Shown piece after piece: positions 46,790 to 58,300 of a stretch of 64,000 nt of DNA. This stretch comes from Synergistales bacterium (GTDB lineage: Bacteria; Synergistota; Synergistia; Synergistales; JAFGMB01), in contig OY762654.1 in assembly GCA_963666205.1 (NCBI GenBank), forward strand, positions 2,304,001-2,368,000. The letters run 5' to 3'. A model generated the notes under the pieces. That model worked only from the letters and a program-made list of their open reading frames with translations, made no database searches and had not been told where the DNA came from. Each line of letters opens with the position of its first letter. Within the stretch, counting starts at the first letter, position 1. The translations under genes were made by a program, and so were the position numbers.

Positions 46790-47153
46790 TGTTTCACCCC
46801 CCTTGGTTGGCAGGAAAAATATTTGTTTTCTCTGGAATGCCAGTTATAAATTAATTTTATACCCCCGAAAGGTATCATAAGAAGATCGTTTATTCAACTC
46901 CTTTTTTACATTTAAGTAAAAATACTTATCTATTGATTTTCTGCTGGAATATCAGACTAATTCTGTGAGAATTTCCTATCACAACCTGGGTCGCTAGAGA
47001 TACAGATTCTTCGTGTAAGTCGAAAAGATCTATACATTGCATTTTTCTGTCATTAATAATCTCAAGGATCTTCATTTCGTAATGCTATAATATAAACAGA
47101 TAATAGCTTCCAATGTTATCTGATGCTGGTTTATTTTGAGGAGGGTAAGACCA

Positions 47154-47519
47154 ATGGATAAAAAACTTGTAAGTTTGTTCTCTGTGATGATAATTTTAAT
47201 ATCCCTTTTCTTCCTGAGTCCTGGTGCTATTCTGGCACATCCACCATCCGGCTTGACCCTTAGTTATGATCCCGCAACCCAGATACTGGATGTACTTGCA
47301 AAACATAACGTTAAAAATCCAGAGTCTCATTTTATAGCTGAATTCAAGGTTTTTGTAGATGATAAGCAGATATACGAGCTTGAAGCTTCTGTTCAGTTTT
47401 CCGAGTCAACTGGAAAAGCACTGTTCTATCTGCCAGATCTGAAAGCAGGGGCAGAAATAACAGTTGAGGTTGAGTGCAATAAGTTCGGGTCAAGTAAACA
47501 GAGCATTAAGGTAGAGTAA
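47154..47519 (+). CDS. Secreted hypothetical protein with superoxide-reductase/desulfoferrodoxin-like His/Cys pattern
   Basis: Signal peptide, mature N-terminus HPP, H.V...HFI, C-terminal ECNKFG. Confidence 0.7.
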   Translation: MDKKLVSLFSVMIILISLFFLSPGAILAHPPSGLTLSYDPATQILDVLAKHNVKNPESHFIAEFKVFVDDKQIYELEASVQFSESTGKALFYLPDLKAGAEITVEVECNKFGSSKQSIKVE

Positions 47520-47540
47520 AGAACCCGATATATCTGGAAA

Positions 47541-47562
47541 GGGCCCGGGGTTTCCCGGGCCT
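47541..47562. terminator. Hairpin between convergent genes
   Basis: ggcccggg-gttt-cccgggcc. Confidence 0.65.
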
Positions 47563-47568
47563 GATATT

Positions 47569-47943
47569 TTATTGAGTACTTGCAACCGATATGGCTATGT
47601 AAACAAGTGGATAATGACCAACGTTTTCCAGAGAATGGTTAAGTCCCTTCTGTGTAAGAATAACATCCCCGGCATCAACTTTTTCCTGAACGCCATCTTC
47701 TGTGTATATGCCCATTCCGTATATTATGATTTTCGCTTCTTCACATCCTTCATGTTTGTGCTCCGGTATTACCGTATCCGGAGGCATCTCCACCCAGTTG
47801 ATTTCATGGAACATGCTCTGTTCGGGGAAATCTTCAGGAGTTATGAATTCATCCGGATTGAGAGTTCTGACCTTTATTCCCTCCAGCTTTCCGTATAGCG
47901 GATGAGTTGTTACATTGTTCATTTGTGTATCCTTGATAATCAC
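47569..47943 (-). CDS. Cupin domain protein
   Basis: PEHKHEGCEE...G.G and AGD...G..HSLEN cupin motifs. Confidence 0.88.
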   Translation of the reverse strand: MIIKDTQMNNVTTHPLYGKLEGIKVRTLNPDEFITPEDFPEQSMFHEINWVEMPPDTVIPEHKHEGCEEAKIIIYGMGIYTEDGVQEKVDAGDVILTQKGLNHSLENVGHYPLVYIAISVASTQ

Positions 47944-48157
47944 TAAACTCACCTCCTGGTAACTATTCTCAATATTATCATATCAGTTATTATACCTCTT
48001 CATTATGTTAATATCATCAAGGGCTTTCCGTTATAGTTATGATATAGATCAAGAATATGAAAATGAGTAGTTTATACTTAAACCAGTTATGGATTATATT
48101 TCTTCATACAAAGGTTTTGGATAATATTTCCCCATTGCCGTTGAGGAGGGATATGAA

Positions 48158-48436
48158 ATGTCCCGTAGACAGGTTCGTGTTACTATTTCCGGGCTTGTTC
48201 AGGGAGTTGGCTTTCGCCATTCTCTCTTGAGACAGGCCCGTAAAAGAGATATTTCAGGATGGGTTCGGAACATGACAAATGGTACAGTAGAGGCCCTTTT
48301 TCAGGGAGAAATGGATTCCATAGATGATCTTATCGAATGGTGCAGGATCGGGCCTGTTTTTGCAGAAGTATCCGAGGTCCATGTTATATGGCAGAATAGA
48401 GAAGAGAACCTTGATTCCTTTGAGATCCGTGCATGA
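48158..48436 (+). CDS. acyP: Acylphosphatase
   Basis: SGLVQGVGFR, GWVRN..GTVE, GP..A.V. Confidence 0.95.
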   Translation: MSRRQVRVTISGLVQGVGFRHSLLRQARKRDISGWVRNMTNGTVEALFQGEMDSIDDLIEWCRIGPVFAEVSEVHVIWQNREENLDSFEIRA

Positions 48437-48638
48437 AACATTCGTTATCTCAATAGAATGGTAAGTGAAAGGTCTTTCATTAGTGTGAAAATTGAGAAGA
48501 TAGGACAGGATATGTATCCTGAAGTCCATCCGGGTGATATATTTAATATGAGAGTAATACATTGCCTGATTTCCCGTATCTCTTGTCCAGGGAGACTTAT
48601 GCTCTGGTGCTGATTTGAATTCAAAGGAGACCGAGAGA

Positions 48639-50660
48639 ATGAATATTAGAAAAGATATCAAAGTTGCCGAATGCTCCGGGAATGATATGGAAGAAGGGGA
48701 AAAAACTTTAATTTTCAACAATGACGATTTTCTTTCGGATCTTCAGAAACGGTCTCAATATCTGGAATTTGTGTTTCATAATTCTCCTCAAGGAATTGTA
48801 TGCTGTGATGAAAAAGGCATTATCAGAGATGTTAACAGTATGTTCAGCATGATTTTTGGCTTTGAACGCAGTGATGTTCTTGGTAAAACAATCAATGACA
48901 TCGTTGCACAATCGGAAGAAGTTAAAAAAGATGTGGATTCCATATGTAAGGAAATTCATAGTGGAAGAAGTGTCAGCAAAAAAACATACAGAAACAGGAA
49001 AGATGGGTCTCTCTTTCCTGTTTCTGTTACTTGCTTTCCCGTTGATATTGCCGGACATCCTTTCTATCATTATGCATACAGTGACATGTCTTCTTCGGTT
49101 GATTCAGGTAGTAGAATGAAACGCAGGAATGGACTTGAGAAGCTCATGCCAGGTCTATTCATCCGTTTCGAAAATTCCAGAAACCTGGATGAAGCTACAA
49201 GAATATCTCTTGCAGAGCTTGGCACATTAATGGGGGCAAGCTCATGCAATATATATTTTCCCAGTAAGAATAATGGAGTAATGGAACCCGGCTATGAATG
49301 GACTATTCCAGAAGAGGAGCCTCTTTCAGAAAGATTGATAAAGATCCCTGAAGAAAAACAGTTATTGTTATGGGAGAAGATCAGGAAGACAGGATCCGGA
49401 AGCACCAGGAACGTTATCGCTGATTCAGAATTAGAAGAAATTATTAAAGAGATACCTGTCCTTGCCTTTTCTTCCTCTCTTCTGGTGATCCCTTTTTGTG
49501 CCGGTACTGAAACTTGCGGGTTACTTATTTTCGAAAATATTCCTCCGGATTCCCAGCCCGATAGTGCCGAAATGTCCCTGCTTCGAATATTCAGCGATTT
49601 TCTGGGAAATATTTTTTTAAAATCCCATACAGGGAAAGACCTTCATAAACAACAGGTCAGGTATTATTCAATTGTTGATGATCAGCTTGATTTCGTTAAT
49701 ACAATGGATCCGGAATACAGGATTACCTTCGCTAACACAGCTTTCTGTAATTATTTTGATATTTCCAGAAATGAGATTGTAGGTAAAAACTTCCTGGAAC
49801 TCCTTCCGGATATGGACAGGAGATCGATGGAAGAACAGTTACTTGGTCTTTCAAAAGAGACCCCCATAATTGTTACAGAGGGCAGAACGGTTCTTCCTTC
49901 TGGCGGGGTTATATGGCAGCAATGGATCAGTAAGGGCATTTTCGATGAAGAAGGAGATCTTATTGAAATACTCGGGGTTGGACGTGATATAACAAGAAGG
50001 AAAAGAGTCGAGGATGAACTTAAAAGAACAATAGGAACCCTGAAGAATAATTTTGAGGCTACCATTAATGGAATGGGCAAAATAATAGAAATAAAAGACC
50101 CGTATACTGCAGGGCATCAGCAGAACGTGGCTCTTCTTGCCAGAAGGATTGCAGAAGAAATGCATCTTTCTCAGGATCAGATTGAGAGTGTGTATTATGC
50201 ATCTCTCGTTCATGACATTGGCAAGATTCAGATCCCTTCAGAGATATTGAACAAGCCTGGTAAATTAAACGAACTTGAATATTCCCTTGTTAAAAGCCAT
50301 CCCATCCATAGTTCAGAGATTATGAAGACAGTTGACTTTCCATGGCCTATCGCTGACATAGTTCTCCAGCACCATGAGCGTATCAATGGAGCAGGATATC
50401 CTAATGGGGTCAAGGGAGAAGATCTGGTTATAGAGGCAAGGATCATGGGTGTTGCGGATGTGGTTGAAGCCATGTCAGCTCACCGCCCTTATCGTATAAG
50501 CCTTGGAATAGACAAAGCTTTGGAAGAAATTGAGGCCTATAGTGGTGTACTCTATGACCCGGGAGTTGTAAAGATCTGTGTATCTCTTTTCAGGGAAAAA
50601 GGTTTTTCCTTTGAGCGTGAAAAAGGATCTGTACAAGGATCCAAACACGATTTTGCATGA
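48639..50660 (+). CDS. PAS-GAF-PAS / HD-GYP cyclic-dinucleotide phosphodiesterase
   Basis: DPYTAGHQ, HDIGK, HHERINGAGYP, ADVVEAM, HRPYR; two PAS/PAC segments. Confidence 0.93.
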   Translation: MNIRKDIKVAECSGNDMEEGEKTLIFNNDDFLSDLQKRSQYLEFVFHNSPQGIVCCDEKGIIRDVNSMFSMIFGFERSDVLGKTINDIVAQSEEVKKDVDSICKEIHSGRSVSKKTYRNRKDGSLFPVSVTCFPVDIAGHPFYHYAYSDMSSSVDSGSRMKRRNGLEKLMPGLFIRFENSRNLDEATRISLAELGTLMGASSCNIYFPSKNNGVMEPGYEWTIPEEEPLSERLIKIPEEKQLLLWEKIRKTGSGSTRNVIADSELEEIIKEIPVLAFSSSLLVIPFCAGTETCGLLIFENIPPDSQPDSAEMSLLRIFSDFLGNIFLKSHTGKDLHKQQVRYYSIVDDQLDFVNTMDPEYRITFANTAFCNYFDISRNEIVGKNFLELLPDMDRRSMEEQLLGLSKETPIIVTEGRTVLPSGGVIWQQWISKGIFDEEGDLIEILGVGRDITRRKRVEDELKRTIGTLKNNFEATINGMGKIIEIKDPYTAGHQQNVALLARRIAEEMHLSQDQIESVYYASLVHDIGKIQIPSEILNKPGKLNELEYSLVKSHPIHSSEIMKTVDFPWPIADIVLQHHERINGAGYPNGVKGEDLVIEARIMGVADVVEAMSAHRPYRISLGIDKALEEIEAYSGVLYDPGVVKICVSLFREKGFSFEREKGSVQGSKHDFA

Positions 50661-51103
50661 TCTATTTCTCCAGAGAGATATATTCTCCACCTGGTTCTTT
50701 AGTGACTGAAAGTCTTTATCCAGATTGTGATATTGAATTCTTTTAGAAAATCCAATTATCCATATCATCAAAATGGTGCAATATTTGCTTCATGTCTGGA
50801 GAATAGATTTTCTGACCGGAGAAATTCTGTGTGATTTTCAATTGATATGCTTTCAGCATTGGTTAATAGAGACAGGTTTTACTACACTATCCGTGATAGA
50901 ATGTGTTCCGCTTTTTTTCTGAAGTCAGGGGGGGAAATAGCCTATTCATAGGATTCTGTCTGATAATTATCATAATGTAGTATATTTATGATAATTGACT
51001 GAAAATAAGGGATAAAAATAAAAGGACTTGTCCCTTTCCTTCAAACCGTGTAAAGTTAAAAAACGGGTTAACCGAATTCAAGAGAGAAGGGGTCGATATC
51101 TGC

Positions 51104-51397
51104 ATGGTGCTTGAAAACAATGTCAAGGTTGCAGGTTTGCTCCATCTTATCAAGGGGCACATGGAAGATGAGAACCAGCTTGGGCATTATGTCAATTTTT
51201 CTCTGAAACAGGATACTCCATGTGAAGATGGAAGAGTTCGCCACGATTTTCTGAGGATGAGGGCATACGATCCTGAAATTCAGGAATGGGTGAAAAGTCA
51301 GGCTGAAGGAACTCCTATAAGGGTTCAAGGAGAGGCGAAATCTTCATTGGGAAGCGGTGAAATGTATATCCTTGTAAGAAATATCGAAAAATTATAA
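51104..51397 (+). CDS. Hypothetical protein, possibly SSB-like OB fold
   Basis: 97 aa; NNV.VAG, VNFSL, DFL, GTPIRVQG pattern; followed by a terminator. Confidence 0.65.
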   Translation: MVLENNVKVAGLLHLIKGHMEDENQLGHYVNFSLKQDTPCEDGRVRHDFLRMRAYDPEIQEWVKSQAEGTPIRVQGEAKSSLGSGEMYILVRNIEKL

Positions 51398-51459
51398 ATC
51401 CCTGGTTATATTCAAGGATATGGAACATTTACTCTCCAACTGTTACATCTAGAAAACCA

Positions 51460-51493
51460 GAGAGACCTCCGATAAGGGAGGTCTCTTCTTTTT
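51460..51493 (+). terminator. Intrinsic terminator
   Basis: agagacctcc-gataag-ggaggtctct followed by tcttttt. Confidence 0.8.
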
Positions 51494-51553
51494 GGATTTC
51501 TGCTTCATAACACTTTATTCTTGCCAGAGTGCTTTTCGGTAACAGTATTTTTG

Positions 51554-51586
51554 AATCTTGACAAAACAAGTCGGGTATAGTAATCT
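51554..51586 (+). promoter_or_regulatory. isc promoter with an overlapping IscR type-1-like site
   Basis: aatcttgacaaaacaagtcgggtat resembles ATASYYGACTRWWWYAGTCRRSTAT; TTGACA-17 bp-TAATCT. Confidence 0.65.
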
Positions 51587-51629
51587 TCGCTTGTATAAGC
51601 TTTCACAAGATTTCGGGATGGTGAAACTC

Positions 51630-52070
51630 ATGAAATTATCCACCAAAACACGTTACGGTATGAGAGCCATGATAGACCTTGCTCTCCTGCATGAATTTGA
51701 TGAACCTACAACTATCAGGGAAATAGCAAGGCGTAACAGGATCCCGGAAAGCTTTTTGGAACAGCTTCTGGGTAAACTGAGAAAAGAGGGGCTTGTACAG
51801 AGCATCAGGGGGCCTCAGGGTGGTTATATACTTGCAAAAGAACCTGAAGAAATCAGAGTTTCAGATATTATTAATTCCCTGGAGGGCCCAATAAGGCTTG
51901 CTGAATGTATAGAAGTTCCTCTATGCGGAGAGGCCAGGAACTGCCCATCCAGGGTGCTATGGACAAGGATCAGGGATAGTATCGACGAGATAACACAGAC
52001 CACTACTCTTAAAGATCTGATAAGCGAATATGGCGACTCTGCTGAAAGGAAGGGAATCTGTAATGACTAG
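51630..52070 (+). CDS. iscR: Rrf2 family regulator, IscR/CymR type with three Cys
   Basis: MKLSTKTRYG, LEQL, S.RG.QGGY.LA, C-x5-C-x5-C. Confidence 0.85.
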   Translation: MKLSTKTRYGMRAMIDLALLHEFDEPTTIREIARRNRIPESFLEQLLGKLRKEGLVQSIRGPQGGYILAKEPEEIRVSDIINSLEGPIRLAECIEVPLCGEARNCPSRVLWTRIRDSIDEITQTTTLKDLISEYGDSAERKGICND

Positions 52071-53256
52071 AAAGGTATACATGGATAATGCTGCTACTAC
52101 CTATACTTCGCCTGAAGTGCTTGATGAGATGTTACCTTATTTTTCAGAATCTTTTGGTAATCCTTCTTCTATCTATTCTTTTTCCGAGGGGAATAAAAAG
52201 GCGTTGAACAACGCCAGACAGCGGGTAGCCAATGCTCTCAATGCTGACCCGGACGAAATATTCTTTACGAGTGGCGGTACAGAGTCTGATAACTGGGCTC
52301 TTAAGGGTATAGCATTTTCCCATAAAGACCAGGGCAACCATATAATTACTACAAGGATTGAACATCATGCTATTCTCCATTCTGCCGATTTTCTTGAAAA
52401 AAATGGTTTTGATGTTACCTATATCGGCGTAGATAAAAAGGGGCGGGTAGATCTTTCTGAACTGGAAAGATCTATAACGGATAAGACGATCCTTGTATCT
52501 GTGATGTTCGCGAATAATGAAGTTGGTACCATCCAGCCAATCCGGGAAATAGGATCAATGTGTCGGGAAAGGGGAGTTGCCTTTCATACAGATGCTGTTC
52601 AGGCAATGGGGCACGTTCCGGTTGATGTAAGGGAAATGAACATAGACCTCCTCTCCCTTTCTGCTCATAAATTCCATGGACCCAAAGGAGTGGGCGCGCT
52701 GTTCATAAGAAATGGACTCAGGATTGAGAACTTCATGCATGGCGGGGGACAGGAAAGGGGACGAAGGGCCAGTACTGAAAATGTGCCTGGTATAGTAGGG
52801 CTGGGCAAGGCTCTGGATATCTCTTTTTCAAAGCTTCAGGAAGAACATCGAAGGCTTTCCTGTATGAGAGACAGGCTAATCAATGGAATAATGGATGCTG
52901 TACCTCATGCGAAGCTTAATGGAGCAGTTGGAGCGGAGCGCCTTCCAAACAATATAAACTTCAGCTTTATAGGTGTTGAGGGAGAAACTCTTCTCTTTGA
53001 TCTGGACGGTGTTGGTATTTCGGCTTCGACTGGAAGTGCATGTTCTTCCGGTTCCCTTGATCCATCCCATGTTCTTATGTCTTTGGGATTGGATCATGCC
53101 ATGGCTCATGGTTCCTTGAGACTTTCCATGGGAGAGTCCACTTCCGAAGAGGATGTCGATTATGTTCTCGAGGTTCTTCCTGAGATCGTAAGAAAAAGAA
53201 GAGAAATGTCTCCTCTCTGGGAGGATTACCTTAAAAAGTTGGAAGAGGTGAAATAG
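52063..53256 (+). CDS. iscS: Cysteine desulfurase (IscS/NifS)
   Basis: YMDNAAT, FTSGGTESDN, HTDAVQ, SAHKFHGPKG, STGSACSSG. Confidence 0.97.
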   Translation: MTRKVYMDNAATTYTSPEVLDEMLPYFSESFGNPSSIYSFSEGNKKALNNARQRVANALNADPDEIFFTSGGTESDNWALKGIAFSHKDQGNHIITTRIEHHAILHSADFLEKNGFDVTYIGVDKKGRVDLSELERSITDKTILVSVMFANNEVGTIQPIREIGSMCRERGVAFHTDAVQAMGHVPVDVREMNIDLLSLSAHKFHGPKGVGALFIRNGLRIENFMHGGGQERGRRASTENVPGIVGLGKALDISFSKLQEEHRRLSCMRDRLINGIMDAVPHAKLNGAVGAERLPNNINFSFIGVEGETLLFDLDGVGISASTGSACSSGSLDPSHVLMSLGLDHAMAHGSLRLSMGESTSEEDVDYVLEVLPEIVRKRREMSPLWEDYLKKLEEVK

Positions 53257-53259
53257 ACG

Positions 53260-53685
53260 ATGTACTCGGAAAAGGTAATGGATCATTTCCGTAACCCAAG
53301 AAATGTGGGAGAAATAGAGAATGCGGATGGGATCGGTCAAGTAGGGAATCCCAAATGCGGAGACATAATGAAAGTTTATATCAAGGTTAAAGATGATGTT
53401 ATTGAAGATATAAAATTCAAGACTTTCGGGTGTGCTTCGGCCATAGCTTCATCCAGTATGGCCACGGAAATGGTGAAGGGGAAAAATGTGAGGGATGCCT
53501 GGGAACTTACCAACAGGGCAGTAGCTGAGGCGTTGGATGGCCTGCCTCCCGTAAAGATGCACTGTTCTCTTCTGGCCGAAGGAGCCATTCATAGTGCCAT
53601 AAATGATTACAGGAACCGTAATGGACTGGTGCCATGGGAAGAAGACAAGGTGCACAGGGCAGTAATGGAGGAACATGAACACTGA
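53260..53685 (+). CDS. iscU: Fe-S cluster scaffold (IscU / NifU N-terminal type)
   Basis: DHFRNPRNVG, CGD, FGCASA, LPPVKMHCS. Confidence 0.95.
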   Translation: MYSEKVMDHFRNPRNVGEIENADGIGQVGNPKCGDIMKVYIKVKDDVIEDIKFKTFGCASAIASSSMATEMVKGKNVRDAWELTNRAVAEALDGLPPVKMHCSLLAEGAIHSAINDYRNRNGLVPWEEDKVHRAVMEEHEH

Positions 53686-53806
53686 TCAGGACTTTTTGAA
53701 TAATAGAAATGGAACTTTCCGATCAACTGTAATATGCCTAAGTTTCAGGATCTTTCTTAAATTAAGTAATTGACGGATCAAGTAGTTCCTGAGGAGGAAC
53801 AGGATC

Positions 53807-54694
53807 ATGGTTAAACTGAATTTTCATCGGCTTACAATATCGGATAGAGACAGTTATAAGGACTGTTTTAGACAATGTTCTGAACAGGCTTCCGACTACA
53901 GTTTTATTAACCTTTTCGCGTGGGATCATTATAGGCATTATGATATGGCCTTTGAGTCAGATCTTTGCTGGTTGAGAGTAAATAACCCGACAGAGAGCTA
54001 CTGGAGTCCCGTAGGTTCGTGGATTGATAGAGATTGGGAAAAGATCTTATCGGAAATCTTCCCTGAAGGGATCGTCCTTGAAAGGGTTCCGGAAAAACTT
54101 GCTGTGCAACTGAAAGGATTATTGGGGGAAAGGATCTCCCTGGAAGAAGAAAGATCAGAATGGGAATATATATACGACGTAAAGGATCTTATAGAATTAA
54201 AGGGTAACAGATTACATAAGAAAAAGAACCTTCTTAACCAGTTCAGGTCCAATTTTGACTGGAGATATAAAGATGTTGACCTTTCCGATGTTCGGATGAT
54301 CCTCGAAATGCAGAAAATATGGTGCGAATGGAAAAACTGTGACGGGAGTCCAGGCCTCAAGGCAGAACATGACGCCATCAAAAAAATATTGGAATACTGG
54401 GAAGATCTTCCAGGGTTGATTGGAGGGACACTGTTTGTGGGAGATGAGATGGTCGCATATACCATCGGTGAAGCTCTCGATAAAGAAACGGTTATCATCC
54501 ATTTTGAGAAGGGTCTTGGTGATTACAAAGGTGTCTATCAGGCTGTTAACAAGTTGTTCCTGGAGAGATCTGCTGTCCAGTTTCAGTGGGTAAACAGGGA
54601 GCAGGATATGGGAAATGAAGGGCTCAGAAAGGCAAAAATGTCCTATGAGCCTCATCATTTTCTGAAAAAATATCTTCTTTCCTGGAAACCGTAG
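53807..54694 (+). CDS. DUF2156 / phosphatidylglycerol lysyltransferase-like domain protein
   Basis: YIY...DL..LKG...KK.N..N.F, IHFEK, G.YQ, VNREQD.G.EGLRKAK.SY.P. Confidence 0.88.
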   Translation: MVKLNFHRLTISDRDSYKDCFRQCSEQASDYSFINLFAWDHYRHYDMAFESDLCWLRVNNPTESYWSPVGSWIDRDWEKILSEIFPEGIVLERVPEKLAVQLKGLLGERISLEEERSEWEYIYDVKDLIELKGNRLHKKKNLLNQFRSNFDWRYKDVDLSDVRMILEMQKIWCEWKNCDGSPGLKAEHDAIKKILEYWEDLPGLIGGTLFVGDEMVAYTIGEALDKETVIIHFEKGLGDYKGVYQAVNKLFLERSAVQFQWVNREQDMGNEGLRKAKMSYEPHHFLKKYLLSWKP

Positions 54695-54889
54695 CCTGGA
54701 TCTATGAAAGGTTGAATTTCTCCGGATGGGTTTGAACCTGATTTATAGTAGTAAAATAAAGTCAGAAAAAAGCGGGTAATTTCCTCTTTTCTTTCTGACT
54801 TTAATATGTCCGGGATTGTTCAACCCAAGTATATATCAGGCCAGCTTCTTTGAAATATCAGAAATCCCTGACTTGACCAAAGAGGGGGT

Positions 54890-55345
54890 ATGGATATGAT
54901 TTTCAGGATCTTTTCAGGTTCTTTCAATTATGGAGATGTTATACCGGTGAAATTTACTTGTGAAGGGCAGGATCTGAGTCCTGATCTTGAATGGGATAAC
55001 GTTCCTCCAGGCACGGAAAGCTTTGTGCTTGTCTTTGATGATCCTGATGCTCCTTCCGGGACCTGGACTCACTGGGTAGTCTATGACATCCCCGGCAGAC
55101 TTAAAAGACTCAATGAGGGGGAAGTCGCTGGCAAGGAAGGGATTAACAGCTGGGGCCGCAAGGGATATGGTGGTCCGTGTCCTCCTCCCGGCCATGGGCC
55201 TCACAGGTATTTTTTGAAAATGTATGCTATTGATACCATAACAGTTGATCTTCCTTCAGGTGCGGCTATCGGAGAGATCAAGGCGGCCTTTAATGGACAT
55301 GTACTTGCTGTTGCAGAACACATGGGAACATATGAGAGGCGATGA
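54890..55345 (+). CDS. YbhB/YbcL (PEBP / Raf kinase inhibitor-like) protein
   Basis: DPDAP, HW, YGGPCPP, HRY. Confidence 0.93.
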   Translation: MDMIFRIFSGSFNYGDVIPVKFTCEGQDLSPDLEWDNVPPGTESFVLVFDDPDAPSGTWTHWVVYDIPGRLKRLNEGEVAGKEGINSWGRKGYGGPCPPPGHGPHRYFLKMYAIDTITVDLPSGAAIGEIKAAFNGHVLAVAEHMGTYERR

Positions 55346-55348
55346 CAT

Positions 55349-55391
55349 AGGGCAGAGATGATGCGTGCTTTATTAAGGACATCTCTGCCCT
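55349..55391. terminator. Hairpin between the convergent ybhB-like gene and carB
   Basis: agggcagagatg...catctctgccct. Confidence 0.6.
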
Positions 55392-55399
55392 GCATCATA

Positions 55400-58300
55400 T
55401 CAAAGACGATCCGAAGATAGTGCAATTGCGACGGCTGATGCTGCTTCAAGAGAGTGCAGGCATGGTATGCCTTCTTCTATGGCTGTCCGTCGGATGGCAT
55501 ATCCGTCTTTAATATTACCTGGATGAAGCCCCGGTAGATTAATTATCAGATCCCATTTCCTGTTTCTGATATCATCAAGAAGTTTTTCCCCCTTACGGGC
55601 AGAACCTACTTTTAATCCCCATTTCTCCAGAAGATCAGCTGTTCCTGGTGTAGCGTCCACATTCCAGCCATGGGAAGCAAAAAGAGCTGCTATAGCGGGT
55701 GTATCCCCTTTTCGCTCGTTTCTAACAGACAAAAGGATCCTTCCCTTCTCGGGGATCTTCCATTCAGATCCACGAAGTGCTTCCCATAAGGCCTGGCTTA
55801 CCGTTCCATGGACACCCAGTGCTTCTCCGGTAGATTGCATTTGTGGTCCCAGACGATGGTCCAGTCCGGGCAGCTTTTCCGTAGAAAATACAGGGGTTTT
55901 TACCCCAAAGGGGCCTTTATATTCATACAGACCTCTTTTGGAAAATGTATCCCGGAGCTTTTCTCCAAGAGCGATCCCTACAGCGATATCGACCATGGGT
56001 ATTTGTGTAAGTTTGCTGACAATCGGTATTGTTCTGCTAGCCCGGGGATTTGCTTCAATAACGTAAACAGTTCCCTGGTTCAAAACGAACTGGACATTCA
56101 TCAATCCTTTAAGATCAAGGTGTGAAGAGAGTTTCATTACCGATTCACAGATATCATTTCGCTGAGCATCGGTGAGTGAGATATCCGGAAATATAGCTAT
56201 AGAATCACCGGAATGAACCCCTGCCGGATCAAGGTGTTCAAAGATTCCAGGGATCAATACATCTTCTCCGTCACAAAGGGCATCAATCTCGAATTCTTTT
56301 CCAGGGAGAAAACGGTCGATCAGGATTTTCTGGTCCGGTTCTGCTGCAAATGCAGCTCTTACAACATCGAGAAATTCCTCAGACCGGTTGACCACCTGCA
56401 TAGCTATGCCCCCGATGACAAAATTAGGTCTTACCATTAATGGAAATCCTATATCTTTTGCTATCTCAAGGGCTTCAGCCTCCGTAGAAGCTGTATCTCC
56501 CTTGGGATGGAGAATAGCCAGTTTGTCAAGGATCGAAGCAAATCGTCCTCTGTCTTCCGTAGCATCAACTGAATCACATGTATTTCCAAGGATCCTGATG
56601 CCCCGTTTATCAAGCTGTTGTCCCATCTTCAGTGATGTCTGTCCCCCAAAAGAGGTGAACACACCGCTTATGCGTTCCCTCTCAAGGACATCCATTACAT
56701 CCTCTTCATGAATTGGTTCTACGTAGAGGGCATCCGAGATATCATGATCTGTACTGACCGTTTCCGGATTGTTATTTATCATTACCGCCCTGTAGTTTCT
56801 TTTCCGCACAGCTTCTACCGCTTTTACGCAGCAATAATCAAATTCAACTCCCTGTGCTATCCTTATTGCTCCTGAACCGATAACAGCAATGGCTGGTCTT
56901 TCGTCGGCAGGAAAGGGATCCCCTCCAGGTCCATAGGTCCCGTAATAATACCCTGAACCGCTTGGGATCTCTCCAGCACAACCGTCAACTTCCCTATAGG
57001 CCTTCTTTAATCCTGTATCAACTTTAATTTTCTGTACATTTTCAAGGTCTATTCCAGAAAAAAAAGCTATGGATTCGTCTGACAGTCCCATTTTCTTAGC
57101 CTGAATTAAATTCTTTTCGGATAATGGTGCATCTGATAATTTTCTTTCCAGATCTGAGATCTGTTTAAGCTGTTCTATGAAATAGGGATGGATCCAGGTC
57201 TTTTTGCTTATTTCAGAAGAGGTTATCCCTCTTCGTAGAAGTTGAAGGATGGACTGGATCCGTCTATCCGTGGGAAGCAGAACTTCTTTCCAGAGGCTGT
57301 CTTCTTCCATTTCAGAAATTATCTGATCCCTTAGCCTGTCCGGACCGTCAAGGGAACGGAAAGCCTTAAGAAGAGCCTGGTTGAAGGTAAGTCCCAGAGC
57401 AAGTACCTCTCCTGTAGCCTTCATTTTTGTGCCAAGGGTTGTATCAGCCTGTGGAAAACTATCAAAAGGCCAGCGTGGGAGTTTAACTACCACGTAATCC
57501 AGCGCAGGTTCAGAAAGGGAACTTCCAATGCCTGTTACAGGATTAGGCATTTCTGTCAATGTTTTTCCAAGAGCTATCTTCGCTGCCATCCTGGCTATTG
57601 GGTATCCTGTAGCCTTGCTTGCCAGTGCACTGGAACGGCTGGCCCTTGGATTTACTTCTATAACGGCATATTCATTTCCCTCTGGATGGAGAGCGAGCTG
57701 GACATTACAGGCACCTTCTACGCCAATAGCATCGACTATATCCAGAGAAGCTTTTCTGAGTTTCTGCCATTGTCTGTCGTTCAGTGTAAGAACAGGAGAT
57801 ACAACTATCGAATCACCAGTATGTATTCCCATGGGATCAATGTTTTCCATTGAGCAGACACAAAGAGAATTTCCTGTGCTATCCCTTACTACTTCTGCTT
57901 CTATCTCTCTCCATCCCTCCAGGTATCTCTCTACCAGGACCCTGTTAACCGGGGATGCTCTCAGTCCCACAGAGACCCTCTCTTTCAGTTCTTCGATATC
58001 CCTTGCCACTCCGCCTCCTGTTCCCCCAAGGGTAAAGTCGGGTCGGATTATGAAGGGATACTTATCGTTGGAACAAAAATCAAGGGCTTCTTCTACAGTT
58101 GAGACATATCTGCTTGGCACGACTGGTTGCCCTATGGAAAGCATGGTTCGCCGGAAAGCATCCCTACCCTCAGCTTTCAGGATCGAAGCCACTGGCGTTC
58201 CGAGGATGCGGGTTCCGTATGCAGCCCACATACCTGTTTCTTCACACTGTACACAGAGGTTGAGTGCTGTTTGTCCTCCCAGGGTTGCAACAACACCGTA

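Noticed and set aside
53683-53685. TGA stops of iscU and other genes (acyP, ybhB-like, HD-GYP, hydL) as Sec codons
   Set aside because: These domains are complete before the TGA and no Cys-type motif continues beyond it
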